The notes beneath the pieces are model-generated. The model was not told the DNA's origin. It worked only from the letters and a program-made list of their open reading frames with translations, and ran no database searches. The translations under genes were made by a program, and so were the position numbers. Shown one piece after another: positions 47,406 through 64,000 of a stretch of 64,000 nt of DNA (positions are counted from its first letter, which is position 1; every line of letters starts with the position of its first letter). Source of the stretch: Pocillopora damicornis (taxonomy: Eukaryota); contig NW_020843834.1 in NCBI RefSeq assembly GCF_003704095.1, forward strand, positions 868,001 through 932,000, in the 5' to 3' direction.

Positions 47406-50400
47406 ATGGCGGCTCGAAATCTTCTCAGGGCTGCTGCTTCATACAGACGAAATCTCGCTTTCAGTACGACTTTTACTCGGAACCAAAGCATATTCACGAA
47501 GTACAGAGAACTGCCTAACGGTTTCCTATTCAACGAGAAGGTAAGTTATTGAATCTTCTGCCATCCAAGCACAATTCAATACTACTTCAATATGGCGTTT
47601 GTGAATATATGGAAGTCATATATTCACTTCAATATGGCGTACCACCTAAAGGTTCTTGTAATAACAATATTTAGCTGACTTCGCTCCTAATAGTGATGTT
47701 TTCTTTTAAGTAAGAAAAGTTTAACAACTTATTTCTAATTTTTTACTCTTTTTTTTTGCTTTTTGCGGTAAAGTTCATCTGAAGATGCACTGGTCTAGAT
47801 TTTTGAAGTTCAAATGAACGACGTTTATGTGCATGTGAATTCTCTTAGATATTACCTAGTTCATTATGCTTATGATGCATTCGGTACTGCTTTTGTATTT
47901 TGAATTTACGCTAACATTCGACGATGTGTATGCACTTTCAAGGCAACTGATCATGTAGAGGATTATGTACATGTGCATGTACAGTTTTCAAAGTGCCTTT
48001 CATTTTGATTATGAAAAAAACTTAGCACTGACAGCTGCCATTCTCTGCAATCTATGTCACCACATGTTAAAGAAATCATCAACAAAGCAAAGATGTGATA
48101 GAAGTCAGCTGCTAAAAATACACAACAATCGTTTTAAAAATAGTTTTTAAATAGGTTAAATTTTAAGTTTAAATAAGCAATATAACTCACCGTATATTAT
48201 TTAACCTTTTGAAATTGTTAGTGCTTGTCACTATTTCAGTCACCTAATGTTCTCCATCATAACCTTTGATATGTATTTTATCAAATGAATAAATGAATAA
48301 AATGAATCAAATAAGATTTTCCATGATATTTCCCTTGAGCTAGGTTGAACTTGGAAATAGTTAAGGATAGGATTAGGAAGCAGCAGATTGTAGTCGATAG
48401 AATGTAATCATTAGAATGAAATAACTATGTGAAATGAGACCTATGACAGATTTTAATTTAATTAAGTTATACTATACTGTAGGAAAAGAATTTTAGTGAA
48501 ATAAAGACATCATTATTATTATATTATTATAGCTTATGCAAATTATATTGCATAAGCAATTGAAAATAAATGTGTTTGTCCTTGTTTGTAACTTCATATT
48601 TGACTGCCGTTAAAACCAGGAGCTTCTGCTTATGAAAATTATGTTGTATAAACAATTGAAAATAAGTTTGAATGTCTTTGTTTCTAACTTCTTAACTGAC
48701 AGCCCTTAAAACCAGGAGAGAAGAGAAAATGGGAAGACTGGGAAGAGCCTTGGTACAGATGGTGGGCTCTCATTCTAGTTTCAATTCCTGTTTTGTTCTA
48801 CTACAAGCCTGAAACTAGGTAAGATCATTTCCAACTTTTGTCATTTTTAAGAGTAGCCACTTCAGAACTTAACAAGTGCATTTCAGCACCAAACCTAGGT
48901 GTGTTCATTTCCTGACCTGTGTTAGCAATTTATGTCTTTTAGTGAAAGTGTGCATTGGAAGTACAAATAGTTGTTGCTGAGCTTTGTAATTATTTTTATT
49001 TTCCGCTAGGTGAGATGATGTCCAACTTTTGTAGTTTTTTTAGAGTACTCACCTCAGAACTTAACAAGTGCATTTCAGAAACAAACCTAGATGTGTTTAT
49101 TTCCTGACTTGTGTTAGCAATTTTTGTCTATTAAGTCGAAGTGTTCGTGGTTTAACAAATTCTTGTTGTTTAGTTTTGTAGTTGTTTTTATTTGCCATTT
49201 CTCTTAAAAGTTAGTACTTGTCATAAAAGTTAGCGTGCTGCATTACAGTCCACTTGAGTTTGACTATAGCCCTGGTCAAGGTACTTTTAGATCAAACAGC
49301 TAAACAGTGCCTCTCACCATTTATTTGGAAACTGTTAGTGACACTTCTTAGAACGTTTCTTTCTTCCTTCTTAACCCTTTAACTCCCATGAGTAAACAAG
49401 ACAGAATTTCTCCTTACAATATCAATACAATATAAGATGATTTAATACCAAATTCTCCAAACTGACCTCACAAAAACTGTATAGNNNNNNNNNNNNNNNN
49501 NNNNNNNNNNNNNNNNNNNGGGATCAGATGCAAAATGAAGATCAATTTGAACCTGGTAGATGGAATACATGTATTTGCTTTGAATTGTTGATTGTTAAGA
49601 GTACTCTGGATTACATTCATTTTGTGTTTGGATTAAAAAACTGGCCACCATCTTGACAAATCAGATGCAAGACTTAAACTTATCCTAGCCAGATCATTTA
49701 CAGTTTTCTTTTCCTGATAATGTCTAGATGTTAATTATAACAGTGACTATTTCATCAAATGTGATTGGTGCATTAGCTGTTTTATTCTTCACTGATCATT
49801 CTGTACAGTTGTAATCGGATGGTGTAACTGGACAGGTGGCTGTAATCAGACACCTGTAATCAAACCAGTCAATATAGTCCAGTCAGCTAAATACCCCTAT
49901 CACAGTATTGATAACAATAACCATAGCAAATACTCAGACTTCTCTTTGGCTCTTTGTAATCATCTTTTATTTAATTGGATGTTACAATAAGTTCAGCCAA
50001 AAATTGTTATACTAGGATATTCTAATATTTAGGGGTGCCTTTTTTGTTTAGTTAATTCAATTGCTTTGTTTATTTAATTGATAAAACTTAATTTAAAAGT
50101 GTCTGAAAAGCTTATCTATATTTGTAAACTGTTTAACACCTGGTAGTGATGAACATGTAACTTCTCCCTATAATATCAATACATTATCTATGAAACAGGT
50201 AACGAGAATGTTCAAACTTATCAGGTAGAAGTTGTTGTCTTGATCTAACANNNNNNNNNNNNNNNNNNNNNNNNNNNNNNNNNNNNNNNNNNNNNNNNNN
50301 NNNNNNNNNNNNNNNNNNNNNNNNNNNNNNNNNNNNNNNNNNNNNNNNNNGGTAACGAGAATGTTCAAACTTATCAGGTAGAAGTTGTTGTCTTGATCTA

Positions 50401-50663
50401 ACACTAAATTCTTGTAACTGATTTGCAAGGAAATGTGTAGCAGCCAGAGGGGAGAGTTAACAATCAGATCTTGGGAACTAAAGTGTTAAATAGACTCTTA
50501 TTTAAAATTTTGTAGACCTGAAGTATGGGCAAGGAAGAAGGCGCACGAGATAGTAGCTGCTCGTGACGCTGCTGATGCTGAGGCTGCTGCAAGGGGTGAA
50601 TCTGTGGATGAAGGAGAAGACATTGGAGATTTTAAACTGAGTGAACTTAGAAGACTTCCCTGA
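47406..50663 (+). CDS. NDUFB11: NADH:ubiquinone oxidoreductase ESSS subunit (NDUFB11-like)
   Basis: Exons 47406-47540, 48703-48818 and 50516-50663 splice in phase to 132 aa: Arg-rich presequence MAARNLLRAAASYRRNLAFST..., then PNGFLFNEKPLKPGEKRKWEDWEEPWY, a TM helix, and YYKPETRPEVWARKKAHE (ESSS signature). Confidence 0.82.
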
Positions 50664-51106
50664 AACATGTTCGTTTGTTGTAATTATATATATTTTTACC
50701 AGAAACATTTGAGGCAATTAATACAGTGAATTTTGGCTAATTGTGGCAAAATGCAACTTCAGTTTGAGTATAGTAACCTTTCCTTGTTAATGGCTGTAAT
50801 CATCTTGTGACTGGTTTTTAAATCACAGTGCTCTAGTGAGCTGTAATAGATATACCACCTGGTTTTTCAAATTAATTGATATTACACTTTTGTTGGATGA
50901 GATAATCACAGACTCGTCATTTCCACTAGGACGTCTATTAGGAAATTTCAGGAAAGAACAGCTAATTGTTGAACTTGGCTTTACAATCTTAAAAGTGCAA
51001 AGCATTGGTCAACTTAGATGTATAATGGGGTGATGCAAAGCATTTGCCTTTGTATCTGAATTTTCCAGTTTGTTGTCATTGTTTATTTCTGTGTAAATAC
51101 CACCCC

Positions 51107-51340
51107 AGGGGCCAGTTTCTAGAAGGTCCTGCTAACTTGACAGGCCCATAAAGCTGTTCTGTTTTCATTCAAAATAAGGGTTTCAAAAATTTTGAGAATC
51201 ATGCAATAAAATTAGCAGCTTGAAAAACAAAATTGACCAGTTAGGGTGCCAGAACCTGCTTCTTTATTCTTTAACTTTTGATGTTTTAATATGTCTTTGG
51301 GCCCATTAAGTTGCTGGAACTCTCAAGAAATAGGCCCTTG
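51107..51340. mobile_element. MITE-like element with imperfect TIRs
   Basis: CAGGGGCCAGTTTCT.GAAGGTCC.GCTAACTT..CAGGCCC ... GGGCCCATTAAGTTGCTGGAACTCTCAAGAAATAGGCCCTTG. Confidence 0.55.
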
Positions 51341-52835
51341 CAGATAATCACAACTTGCCTCACAATGTTGTGTGACAATGACAAAACAGTGGTAAAAGTG
51401 AAGTCATATTGGCAAAGGATAATATTTTACATGTGATCTTTAATAATGGGTCGGTTATTTTGTTCAGGTTTGTTTTGATCTCAAGGTAACATTTGTAAAT
51501 AAATGTGGTAAAAATAGAGGAAGTACAGTCAAACCTGTATTAAGCAGCACCATATTAACCCTTCCACCCCTAAGAGTGACCAGCATCTAATTTCTCCTCA
51601 CAATATCACCTCTAAATCACACATTAAGGTCTTGAGAATAAAGGAAATGGTCACCAACTAGAGAGGCTTTGGATTATTGCGCACATTCTCCTTGTCAGCA
51701 CCTGAGGAAATGTATTGGGAACAGTATGGAGAATATGCATACTGATATTAGGATATAAACAGTTAAGCTGTCATCCTGTAGTTCCAAAATAATTTTCTCT
51801 AGACACTGTCAGATAGGTTGAAGGTTGGACTTCCATCTCTCAAGGCTTATTTCAAGGTATCATAGTAAAAATGTGTGATGCTCACGTGGTTTTATTTTAT
51901 GCGAGATCTACTTTTTTATTAAAGGATACAATCAACTTTTCTTATTGAAACAATTCAATTAGAATACACAATTTTTAAAAGCGTTCATTTCCTAGTCGGA
52001 GGCGCCAAAAAAAATTTGTATGTGATCGAATATAAATTTGATGTGCAAAGCGAGACTCATGGTTAATTTCTCACCTTTAATGAAATTTGTTTACTCAAGG
52101 TGTTTTATGATCAATAACTATTTACATAAGCGGCCGCCGATGGGTGTAACAGGCAGCTGAACCCGGAAAAGGGGTCTGGGGGCAAGCTAAACAGACGACA
52201 ATAGAGATCTTATAGGCGGCGGTATACCACCCGTAACCTGCTTTTATTGAAACCGCTGTACTCAGTTTTTTGAAAAAGTCCTCAGATAACGACTGATTTA
52301 CTAGAGGACAGCGATTTATTTCGTCGAGCGAACCAGAAAACGAAATAATAATTTTCTACTCATCTCTCGGCATATCTATTTCACTTAGTTGATTTTTTTT
52401 CTTAGCTTAAAGGACAAGTACTGATATCCGCTTCTTAGAAAAAAAGTTTCGGCTGATAGCAGGAGTGATGATAGAACTACTGGAGGATTTGGATTGTGTC
52501 ACGACATAGATAAAAATGACTAGTTCTGCAATATGTTCCTCTCTCATTGACAGTTAATTGGCAGTCAATTTTTTAAAGTCCCCCTCTATACTCCATTAGC
52601 GAAGCCCCTCTTTTTTCCCCCTATGATATGGGATGCCATCACCATCCGCATCAGCAACTAAATTGAGATGCTTTCCGTATTTTATTGGAAAAAAAAAAGG
52701 CAATCTCTGCCAGATTGCAATGTTGAATCTCTGCACATATTTATCCGTCACACTTTAATTTAATTTAACTTTACTTCTCAGTTGAAACATCTTTCCCTTA
52801 ACACCGTTATCTATTCAGTTCAGATGATAACATGG

Positions 52836-55273
52836 TTACTGCGGTGGTGGTACCTCTTCAATCATAATCCGGGACACTGAATTCCATCCTGTGTAAGCTT
52901 CGCCCAGTGGAACCCTAGCGCACTTGCCTACCCAGAGTTCAACCCGAACCGTGCCTTGAGGAAGATTCTCACAGAAACCTTCGAAGAAGTGAGGATGGTG
53001 GATTCCAGACGGTGGACTACTACTCCAGCGGTTGAAAAGGACTGAGTCAATCGGCATGGGACCACTGCATTCGTTGCCGTTAAACTTGAAATACCATCTG
53101 TTGCATTTGGCATGAGAATATTCACGAATATTGCCTTGGTATGAGACTTTAAGAGTCGTATTGATGTACAACTTGTTGAAGGAGCATTCCTGGAAAAAAA
53201 ATATATAAAAACAGAAAAATTAATTCTATGTAGAAAAATGAACACATATCTTCGTTCGACACAAACTATTTTTCAGCACTGCAAATTTAAGAAATGTGAA
53301 AATGGAGTCTGTGAAATGGAGTCTGTTGCTAATGAGAACCGTCTTTATACATATAACTTTTAAAACATTGTATTTCCTAGGATCACCAGCTCTTCAAATC
53401 CGTCGAAATCAGGCTCANNNNNNNNNNNNNNNNNNNNNNNNNNNNNNNNNNNNNNNNNNNNNNNNNNNNNNNNNNNNNNNNNNNNNNNNNNNNNNNNNNN
53501 NNNNNNNNNNNNNNNNNGAAACTTCGAATAAAGCAGGTTTATTTTGGATGTGAGTTTGATAACACATTTAGCTAAGAGAATATCAGCTGTTGACATCCTC
53601 TTGACATAGCACAATATTTTTATCAGAGAAGGTTTCAGAAGTATCTCAACAATTTAAACCGTAAATGCACACAGCTATTGAGAAGTCATTCCAGTATCGA
53701 AAAGTTTAATTGGAACAAATAACCTATTCCTTAAGACAACGAGAGGAACGGGAGGGGGGGGGGGAAGTGGGGGAAGGGAATGTGGGGGAATGGAAAGGGA
53801 TGTTCGTAAAAATTATGAAATAAATGAATTATACAAGAGAAGGGGGGTGGGATAGAGAGGAGCTGGATGCCTTCCCACTGAGTTAAGTTACTTGGTTATT
53901 CACTACTTCTTCTAAAAATTTGGTCGAAACTTTCTGAGAGTGGAAGTGACTCCAAGAGGGAACTTAAATGCAACTCAACGGGCTTGAAATAAATTTCAAC
54001 GCTCGAATGTTTGATTATACTCGCTCAGTTAATCCTTCCAAATAGCTGCCTCGTTTCCTCCGGGTTCCAAAAATAATTATTGTTACGTATAAAGGTTAAG
54101 GTTACTTACCTTTATTTTCCCGCTGTCTGTATTCGATTCTGCCCTCCACACACACTGTTTCCAGTTGGCCAGTTGTCTTGAGTCAATGTTTGCTGCATCT
54201 CCTTTTTGTCCCTTTGTTCCACTGATCCCTCTTTCTCCTTTGAATCCTTTGGAGCCCCTGGGGCCAATGTTCCCTGGGATTCCCGTACCATTAACTCCTT
54301 TCTCTTCCATCTGCCCTTTGGGACCCTCAGGGCCTCTCGGACCAATTTTCCCAGGGATCCCTGCTACTCCTTGGGCACCCCGCTTTCCGGGGCTACCTCT
54401 CTCTCCTTTAGTGCCGTCCCTACCGGGAAAACCTGGGTTTCCCGGCATGCCTGGAACGCCGTTTGATCCAGGTATTCCAACCAATTGGCAAGACTGACAT
54501 GCCTGTTGAGTTAAAAATACAGTATAAAACTTTTTAGACCTTCCTTCCCGCACTTTCTCGCGAAGCTAGAAAAAGCTAAAGCTTGACGCTAACAGTAGAC
54601 CTCGAGGGAAAAAAAAGAGACAGAGAGAGAGAGAGAGAATATGTTAACAGACTATATTCATGCTTTAGAATGCGTCTTCTTCAAATTATCTAGGAGCGAT
54701 ACCGACTTTTCTGGACTTAAAATTATCCAATGTAATATTAACGGGGATTTCGTACCCTCGTGAATCGTTTCATGTGTTTGAGAAAGCATGTTTTTGCGCG
54801 AGGTTAAAATAAACAAACTTATCGACCGGAGCGTTGAGGGAAACCTAAATTTTCTTAGATGTTTTACGAGGAAATGCATTGCAGCTTGGGGAGAGTTACG
54901 GCTCAGATCTTGGAAATTCAAGGCTTAGTGGGTGTAAGAAGGACTGCAAGGCTTGGGTCTGAAAGTTGTTCACTAGTATGTCACATTACTAATTCACCAT
55001 TATCGTAACATACAACTTTTTATGAAAAACAAAATCATATTATCTGAGGATGCTTATGAATACCAATTAACAACTGACTGATACCGAACATTTCAATTAG
55101 ATAGTGTAGTTAGATCCATAGAATACTTGTTTAAATAGTCTGAATGTTTTGCAACTAACATTTTTTGGACTAACCTTGCAGCTTGATGCTGAAGCATTTC
55201 CTTGATCTCCGTTGGCGTGAGCTGCTGAGTACAGGGAAACGAATATAATAAAGTGAGGCAAAACACCTTGCAT
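52836..55273 (-). CDS. CTHRC1: collagen triple helix repeat-containing protein 1-like (secreted)
   Basis: Exons 55273-55175 (signal peptide MQGVLPHFIIFVSLYSAAHA), 54502-54110 (G-X-Y run, then NWKQCVW...DSGKIK) and 53189-52836 (ECSFNK...TTLKVSYQGNIR...CNRWYFKFNGNECSGPMPID...EGFCENL...TGWNSVSRIMIEEV, the CTHRC1 C-terminal domain), all phase 0. Confidence 0.9.
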
Positions 55274-56908
55274 GATCTTTTGAGTAGCGAGCCGCTAAAG
55301 CTTTGGGGATTATCTCTCTTTCCAAGGTATTTCTGGTACTGTCTGATGATGCTCGACAAGGGGAGGTTCTCAACCCTTATTTGAGCATTCCCTCCAACTC
55401 GTCTGTGTACATATCAGGAACATCGTTCGGTTGGTGTGCACCTGGAATTGATTGACATTTCATCAGTGTCAGCGTTGTTTAAGAGATCAGCTGACGCGTG
55501 CGAAAATCTAATCTTTCTGTATCGCCATATAAGGCTTTTTAAGTTCAAATCAGCGACAGCTGGAAGATACCTGTATACTTGCCTGTAGAGCACCAAACAT
55601 CACAGGATGTTTCAAAAGGACTAATATTCAAGCTCTTTTGAGGAGCAAAATACCGTTGTCTCACTTCACTGATCCGGTTTTACTCGATAGTTTAAATCCA
55701 GTTTGAGAGAAAACAGTTGTTATTTGGAGTCAACTTGGACCAATTCACTTTCGCGCTTGCTTTAGTTTCAGCAGAGCTTCAGCGCGCTTTAGGTTCAACC
55801 ACAAGTCATACATTTGAAGAAAACAGCGAAACTAAAATGTGACTTAACAATAAAGCTAACGGATAATATTGCGTGCCAGGACCATGCAACTTTGAATCTA
55901 CTGCTACTTCATTTACCATCTTCCTTGTTCTATTAACTCACAGGACGCTTTTTACGAATCCTAATGCAAATCCTAGCAGTATGAAGATTCTAGTCAGCTC
56001 TGTAGTAGAGCCTCGTGGCGCGGGAAGCGAAAGCCTGGATTCCGGTTCACGTTGGATTCGTTCGTTCTTTTAATTCATTACCAAGCCCTCTTTCTTATTC
56101 TAATCATTTCCTGTTTTTTTTTAAAGTAACGTCGCGAGGTATGACGTCAGAACTTTTTGGCCGTGTTACGGCTATCGGTTAACCCCATTGATATCCTCTC
56201 TCGAGAGCTCATCGTATCTTTGAAAGCTAACTCTTTGAAACTGGTTTCCAGTGATCTTGTCACAGTAACCTTGTCTTTCCCGGTGTTAATCTCGTCTTAA
56301 GTTTAAGTTGTTTTGCCTGGTGTTGAGTTTGAATTCGTGGGTTAGCCCTAATCCTGACATAACATTTTCTTTGTTTCAGCACTCTTTGTAGGCCGGCTAA
56401 CTACTTTTAGACTTGGAGAAGTTTAAAATCTCCCTCTCGTGCAACTGCTGCACGAGCGCTGTGACTTATCATGAGTAGTGGCTTTCATGGCCATGATTTC
56501 AAGCGTGCATAAGCCATGTTACAGATTATCACGCTAGAGTATTTGGTAGGTCACGTAGGGTTTTTTCGATGAGAGAAAGAAAACAATATATTAAGTTCTT
56601 CAATCCTCGAACGGTTTTTATTAATATTAGGCAAATCCAAAAATGACCAGCGGGACGCATACTCTTCCCTAACGGAGAGCGCCCAACACATCATAAACGT
56701 TTACCAGTGTTGCAATAGAATGAGTGCATAATGAGCAAAAGAATTATGAAGAGATGAGACGAAAGAATGGCTTCAGTCTGGTGCGTTGTATCGCTTAACC
56801 CTTAATGAGAAAATATAGTATTTTTGAGAACAAATAATAAGCAAAATAAAGAACGAGCAAAACAAAGAAAATATTATGTCAAAGTCTGTTCTCTGAAGGG
56901 GTCTTCTT

Positions 56909-56909
<1 letters not shown>

Positions 56910-56952
<43 letters not shown>

Positions 56953-57000
56953 GAACAATATTAATAACAATAATAATAACAACAATAATAAAACCAATAA
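56910..57000. repeat. (AAT/AAC)n microsatellite
   Basis: Direct reading of the sequence. Confidence 0.9.
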
Positions 57001-57699
57001 AGCCGACAACAGCAAGTCTATGATCCAGATATATCATGTCACCGATTATTAAAACTCTCAGTTTTCAGAACTATGCGCTCAGGAAACTGTGTTTTCAGAT
57101 TTTGATAATGTCCACAAGGCAAAAGATTCTGCAGACCCGCTCCTCTTGTTTCATTTTCTTGCCAAATGCAGACTGTTTTCGATATGTCCTGTGGTCAATA
57201 TGAAGTTATTGTTTGTGATAACCGAGGAAAGTCAAGGCTTCTTTCCCACAAAGGTATCAGTTAAAACGGAGTGGTCATTCCTGTCATGATCAGCTTCATT
57301 GTGAAGATCTGTCTCACATCTGAAGTGTGAGCTTTCCTCTTTTTGAAGAAAGATATTCCCAAAAATATGAACCTGCATAATCCAGTCAAAAGCAATTGCT
57401 CAGGCAAAAACCAGTGAATAGTGATTCAAGGCGTAACAACTTTAATTTTGCTGAACAAAAGCAAATGCACTCATTTATCTGCCAGAAAATCCCAGCATAT
57501 GACCATTCAATGAGAGGTTTTTCAAGCTGTTAAATTTTTCTTTTATTATTTTGCATTTTTCTTATTGCTTAAACAATAGCATTTACAGGAAACAAAATGA
57601 TATTGTGTAAAGTGTCCGAAGAAAGAAAAAAAAGGGAAAAAAACTGTAGTTCTGTATCTCTTCCATTTGTCACTATTAAGATCCCTCCTTTGTGGCCTC

Positions 57700-61312
<3,613 letters not shown>

Positions 61313-61568
61313 TTTATATGCGTCTGAAAAGAGTAAAGGAAACTTTTTCCGAAACTAACTTCCGACACAGACTCACAGTCCAACTCGAACTCACATGCTA
61401 CAAAAAAACTAAAATTATGGCCAGTGGTCTTACAACTTACCCATAATCCTTCTAGATCTCGTGGCGCGAACAGATCGCGATGGCGGACGATTGACTTTTC
61501 ATAATTCCGGTATAAATTTGTGTCTTTGTTTCAACTGATCACGATTTTTCTCAACAGATTTCTCTTAA
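61313..61568. promoter_or_regulatory. compact bidirectional promoter/5' region shared by NAA10 and the SUV39H-like gene
   Basis: The divergent start codons are 256 bp apart, and the stretch is CpG-rich relative to the flanking NAA10 introns. Confidence 0.6.
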
Positions 61569-62528
61569 ATGGATGAAAGCGTACTGACCTCTCTCCTCCT
61601 GTTAAACCCTTCGGGTACAAACACGGGATACTGTTCGGTTCAAGATAGTCTGGATGAAGTCGAGAGAAGGGACTCACATCTTGACACAGATGTTATTTGC
61701 ATTGAGGATTCCCCGATAAGTATCTCGAGCACTGTCAATGAGGAGATGTCAAATATAACTCCTTGCTCTTCTGTCCATGAAGAAGAAGATAATGCAAGCG
61801 TAGTGGAAATTTTTGTTTCCGCAAAGCCAGGAACCTCGCGGGAGACGAAACCACCATTGTTCTTTCTTGAAGATCAAGATGACGGGGTTTCATCATCGTG
61901 TTCGATCTCAGTAAACATGGATGTTCAAGATTACTACGAGAGGATTACGAACAAAGAAGAACCTTCGACTTCTAGGAGAAAAGAAAATCGTTTAATCAAA
62001 AGAGAGCGAGATTTCACTGTCCCTTGTTTAGAGACAAGAACTTCACTTAAAGCTCGCTACGAATCTAAGTTTAAGCTGCACATGAGATTACGAAAGGCTG
62101 TTGGAATCTCTAATGCGCAAAATTTCCGGAGAAAGTTTTACAAATACAAGAAGCATTTACACAAGGAACTTGATGACTGGGAAAATTACTTAAATGAGCA
62201 GAGTGCACAGGAGGCTTACATCGCTGTTGAGAATGTAGTTGATAATGAAGGTCCACCGAAAGACTTCATATACGTGACTAATAATGTGATGCACCAAGAT
62301 ATGCCAAGTCATTTGTTTGACATTGATTATCTTGTTGGGTGCAGCTGTGAGCGGATATGTACAATGGAAACTTGTGACTGCCCACGAAACGGTGGAGGGG
62401 AGTTTGCTTATGACAGGAACGGAAGGGTGCGTGTGAAACCAGGCACACCTATATATGAGTGTAACCCGCGCTGTCCCTGTAGTCTGTCATGTAGAAATCG
62501 CGTGTTGCAGCGAGGCCGGACCGTTAAG
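61569..62528 (+). CDS. SUV39H: SUV39H-type histone H3K9 methyltransferase, large coding exon through pre-SET (SET exons lie beyond the window or were not found)
   Basis: KELDDWENYLN...IAVENVVDNEGPPKDFIYV, then pre-SET GCSC..C...CDCP...FAYDRNGRVRVKPGTPIYECNPRCPCSLSCRNRVLQRG, and a donor AAG|gtgagt at 62528. Confidence 0.88.
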
Positions 62529-64000
62529 GTGAGTGCTTTTCAAATTTCTTTTATGTACATTTATAATGTTGGACATGTAACCCTAGCAGTGGTTTGTCTT
62601 TTTCTTTTTATGAGCCTGGCAACCAGACTTACAGCATTCACATTATTCAATGGAATAATTTTGTCACCTGTTGGCTTGTGAAGTTTGATCCTGGTTATTA
62701 AGCTTTTCTTGTCTGTTACTACCTATGTGAGAAATTTCAGCTTTTTTAGCAAATTTATTAAGGAACAAACTTTCAAAGTTTTTTCCTGTTACCATTCTCA
62801 AGTGTTCATATGAGAGATATTTTTTGCCCAGTGATCCACATCTGAGAAGCCAAAACCAGATATGTACAACATGACCAGCTCACCTTTTTAAGAATACACT
62901 GATATTTGTCCAAGGTTAAAAATGTGGAGGTGAGATCTTATGCACTGGATCAGGGCTTGTATGAGGAGGCAAGGAATGATACTTAAGAAATATACAAACC
63001 TATTAGAACCTTTGTATTTTTGACCATTGTTCACACAACTTTAATGTAAGACCATCTATGAACAGACTTATGAGGCTGGCCAGTTCCCTTGAAGCTTAAA
63101 TGCCTATTGAATGCTGAGAAGATACTTAATCATGGTAATAGGACAGATTGGAGTCCAATTCAGTCTGCAATCACTAGTATGATTCCAGACAGAATTGGAC
63201 CACACAAAGTCCTGTTACCAGTTAATCAAAACTATGAAAAAATATAAGATAGAAACTAGACATTGTTATATGTTTCCTTAAAAAAAAAAAAAAAGAAAAA
63301 AAAAAAACACTACTTAACTCGGTAAAATGCAAGACACCTCTATTACACTGTCCAATTACAAGCATGACATGCACACTGTTCTATTAGTGCTCAAATCGGA
63401 CTGGTGATAACCATTCATGTCCAAGAATTTTGTTTTAGTTTTGATTAAAGGGGATATCAGGGAGTTGTACAGCTTTGTGGTAGTTTTCTGTACTCAGATA
63501 TGACCCTTTGATGGGAACTTCTGTTGGAGCAGGAAGGCCCAACTTTCAACCTGAGACCTCCAACACTACTGTGGGCCACCTTCAAACCTTTACACCCTAA
63601 AATCAATATGCATATTCTCCATACTGTTCTTTATACATTTCCAAAGGTCCTGACAAAGAGAATTTGTGTAACAATCAACAGCTTTTTTTACTTGGTGATC
63701 ATTTCCATTATTCTCATGATATTAATATGTGATTCAGGGGTGATAATGTAAGGAGAAACTAGATGCTGGTCACACTTAGAGGTCAAAGGGTCAAAGAAAT
63801 GAGAATTATGTCTTCCCTGGGTGCTCCAGCTTAACAGGAGTTCTGCGCTGATCACTACAATTCTGTTTAGCTGGCCTTTCAAAGTTGGACTTACTAACAG
63901 GGCGGCTGGGTTGAAGATTTAGTAAAGCTACGATACAGATATTTTGTGTTGGGTTCACAAAATTATGGCATTGATTTCAAGGTAGCTTTATTTGATTGTA

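Noticed and set aside
54112-54497. Pro-rich antisense and alternative-frame ORFs
   Set aside because: Shadows of the collagen G-X-Y codons.
56773-57015. Poly-Leu membrane protein ORF
   Set aside because: Translation of the (AAT)n microsatellite.

Overview
AT-rich, intron-containing animal DNA from a draft scaffold with many N gaps; repeat families and gene content suggest a stony coral/cnidarian (inference). Exon structures were rebuilt by hand from GT-AG sites and reading-frame phases. Left to right: ~9 kb of repeat-containing non-coding DNA; a STAND/NB-ARC-TPR (NLR-like) gene (-) set head-to-head with a multi-pass membrane class-3-lipase-like gene (+); CaMK1 (-); a gappy, segmentally duplicated 31-47 kb block with a decayed Ty3/gypsy pol fragment and four intronless paralogues of an unrecognised family (single TM helix, 1/4/6/8 charged 11-residue repeats, conserved helical domain); NDUFB11/ESSS (+); a CTHRC1-like gene (-); NAA10 (-) head-to-head with a chromodomain-less SUV39H-type methyltransferase (+, runs off the window). 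The best candidates for novel biology are the variable-stalk membrane protein cluster, the NLR-lipase pair and a possible internal-promoter, N-lobe-less CaMK1 isoform. No database search was possible, so all homology calls come from motif recognition.
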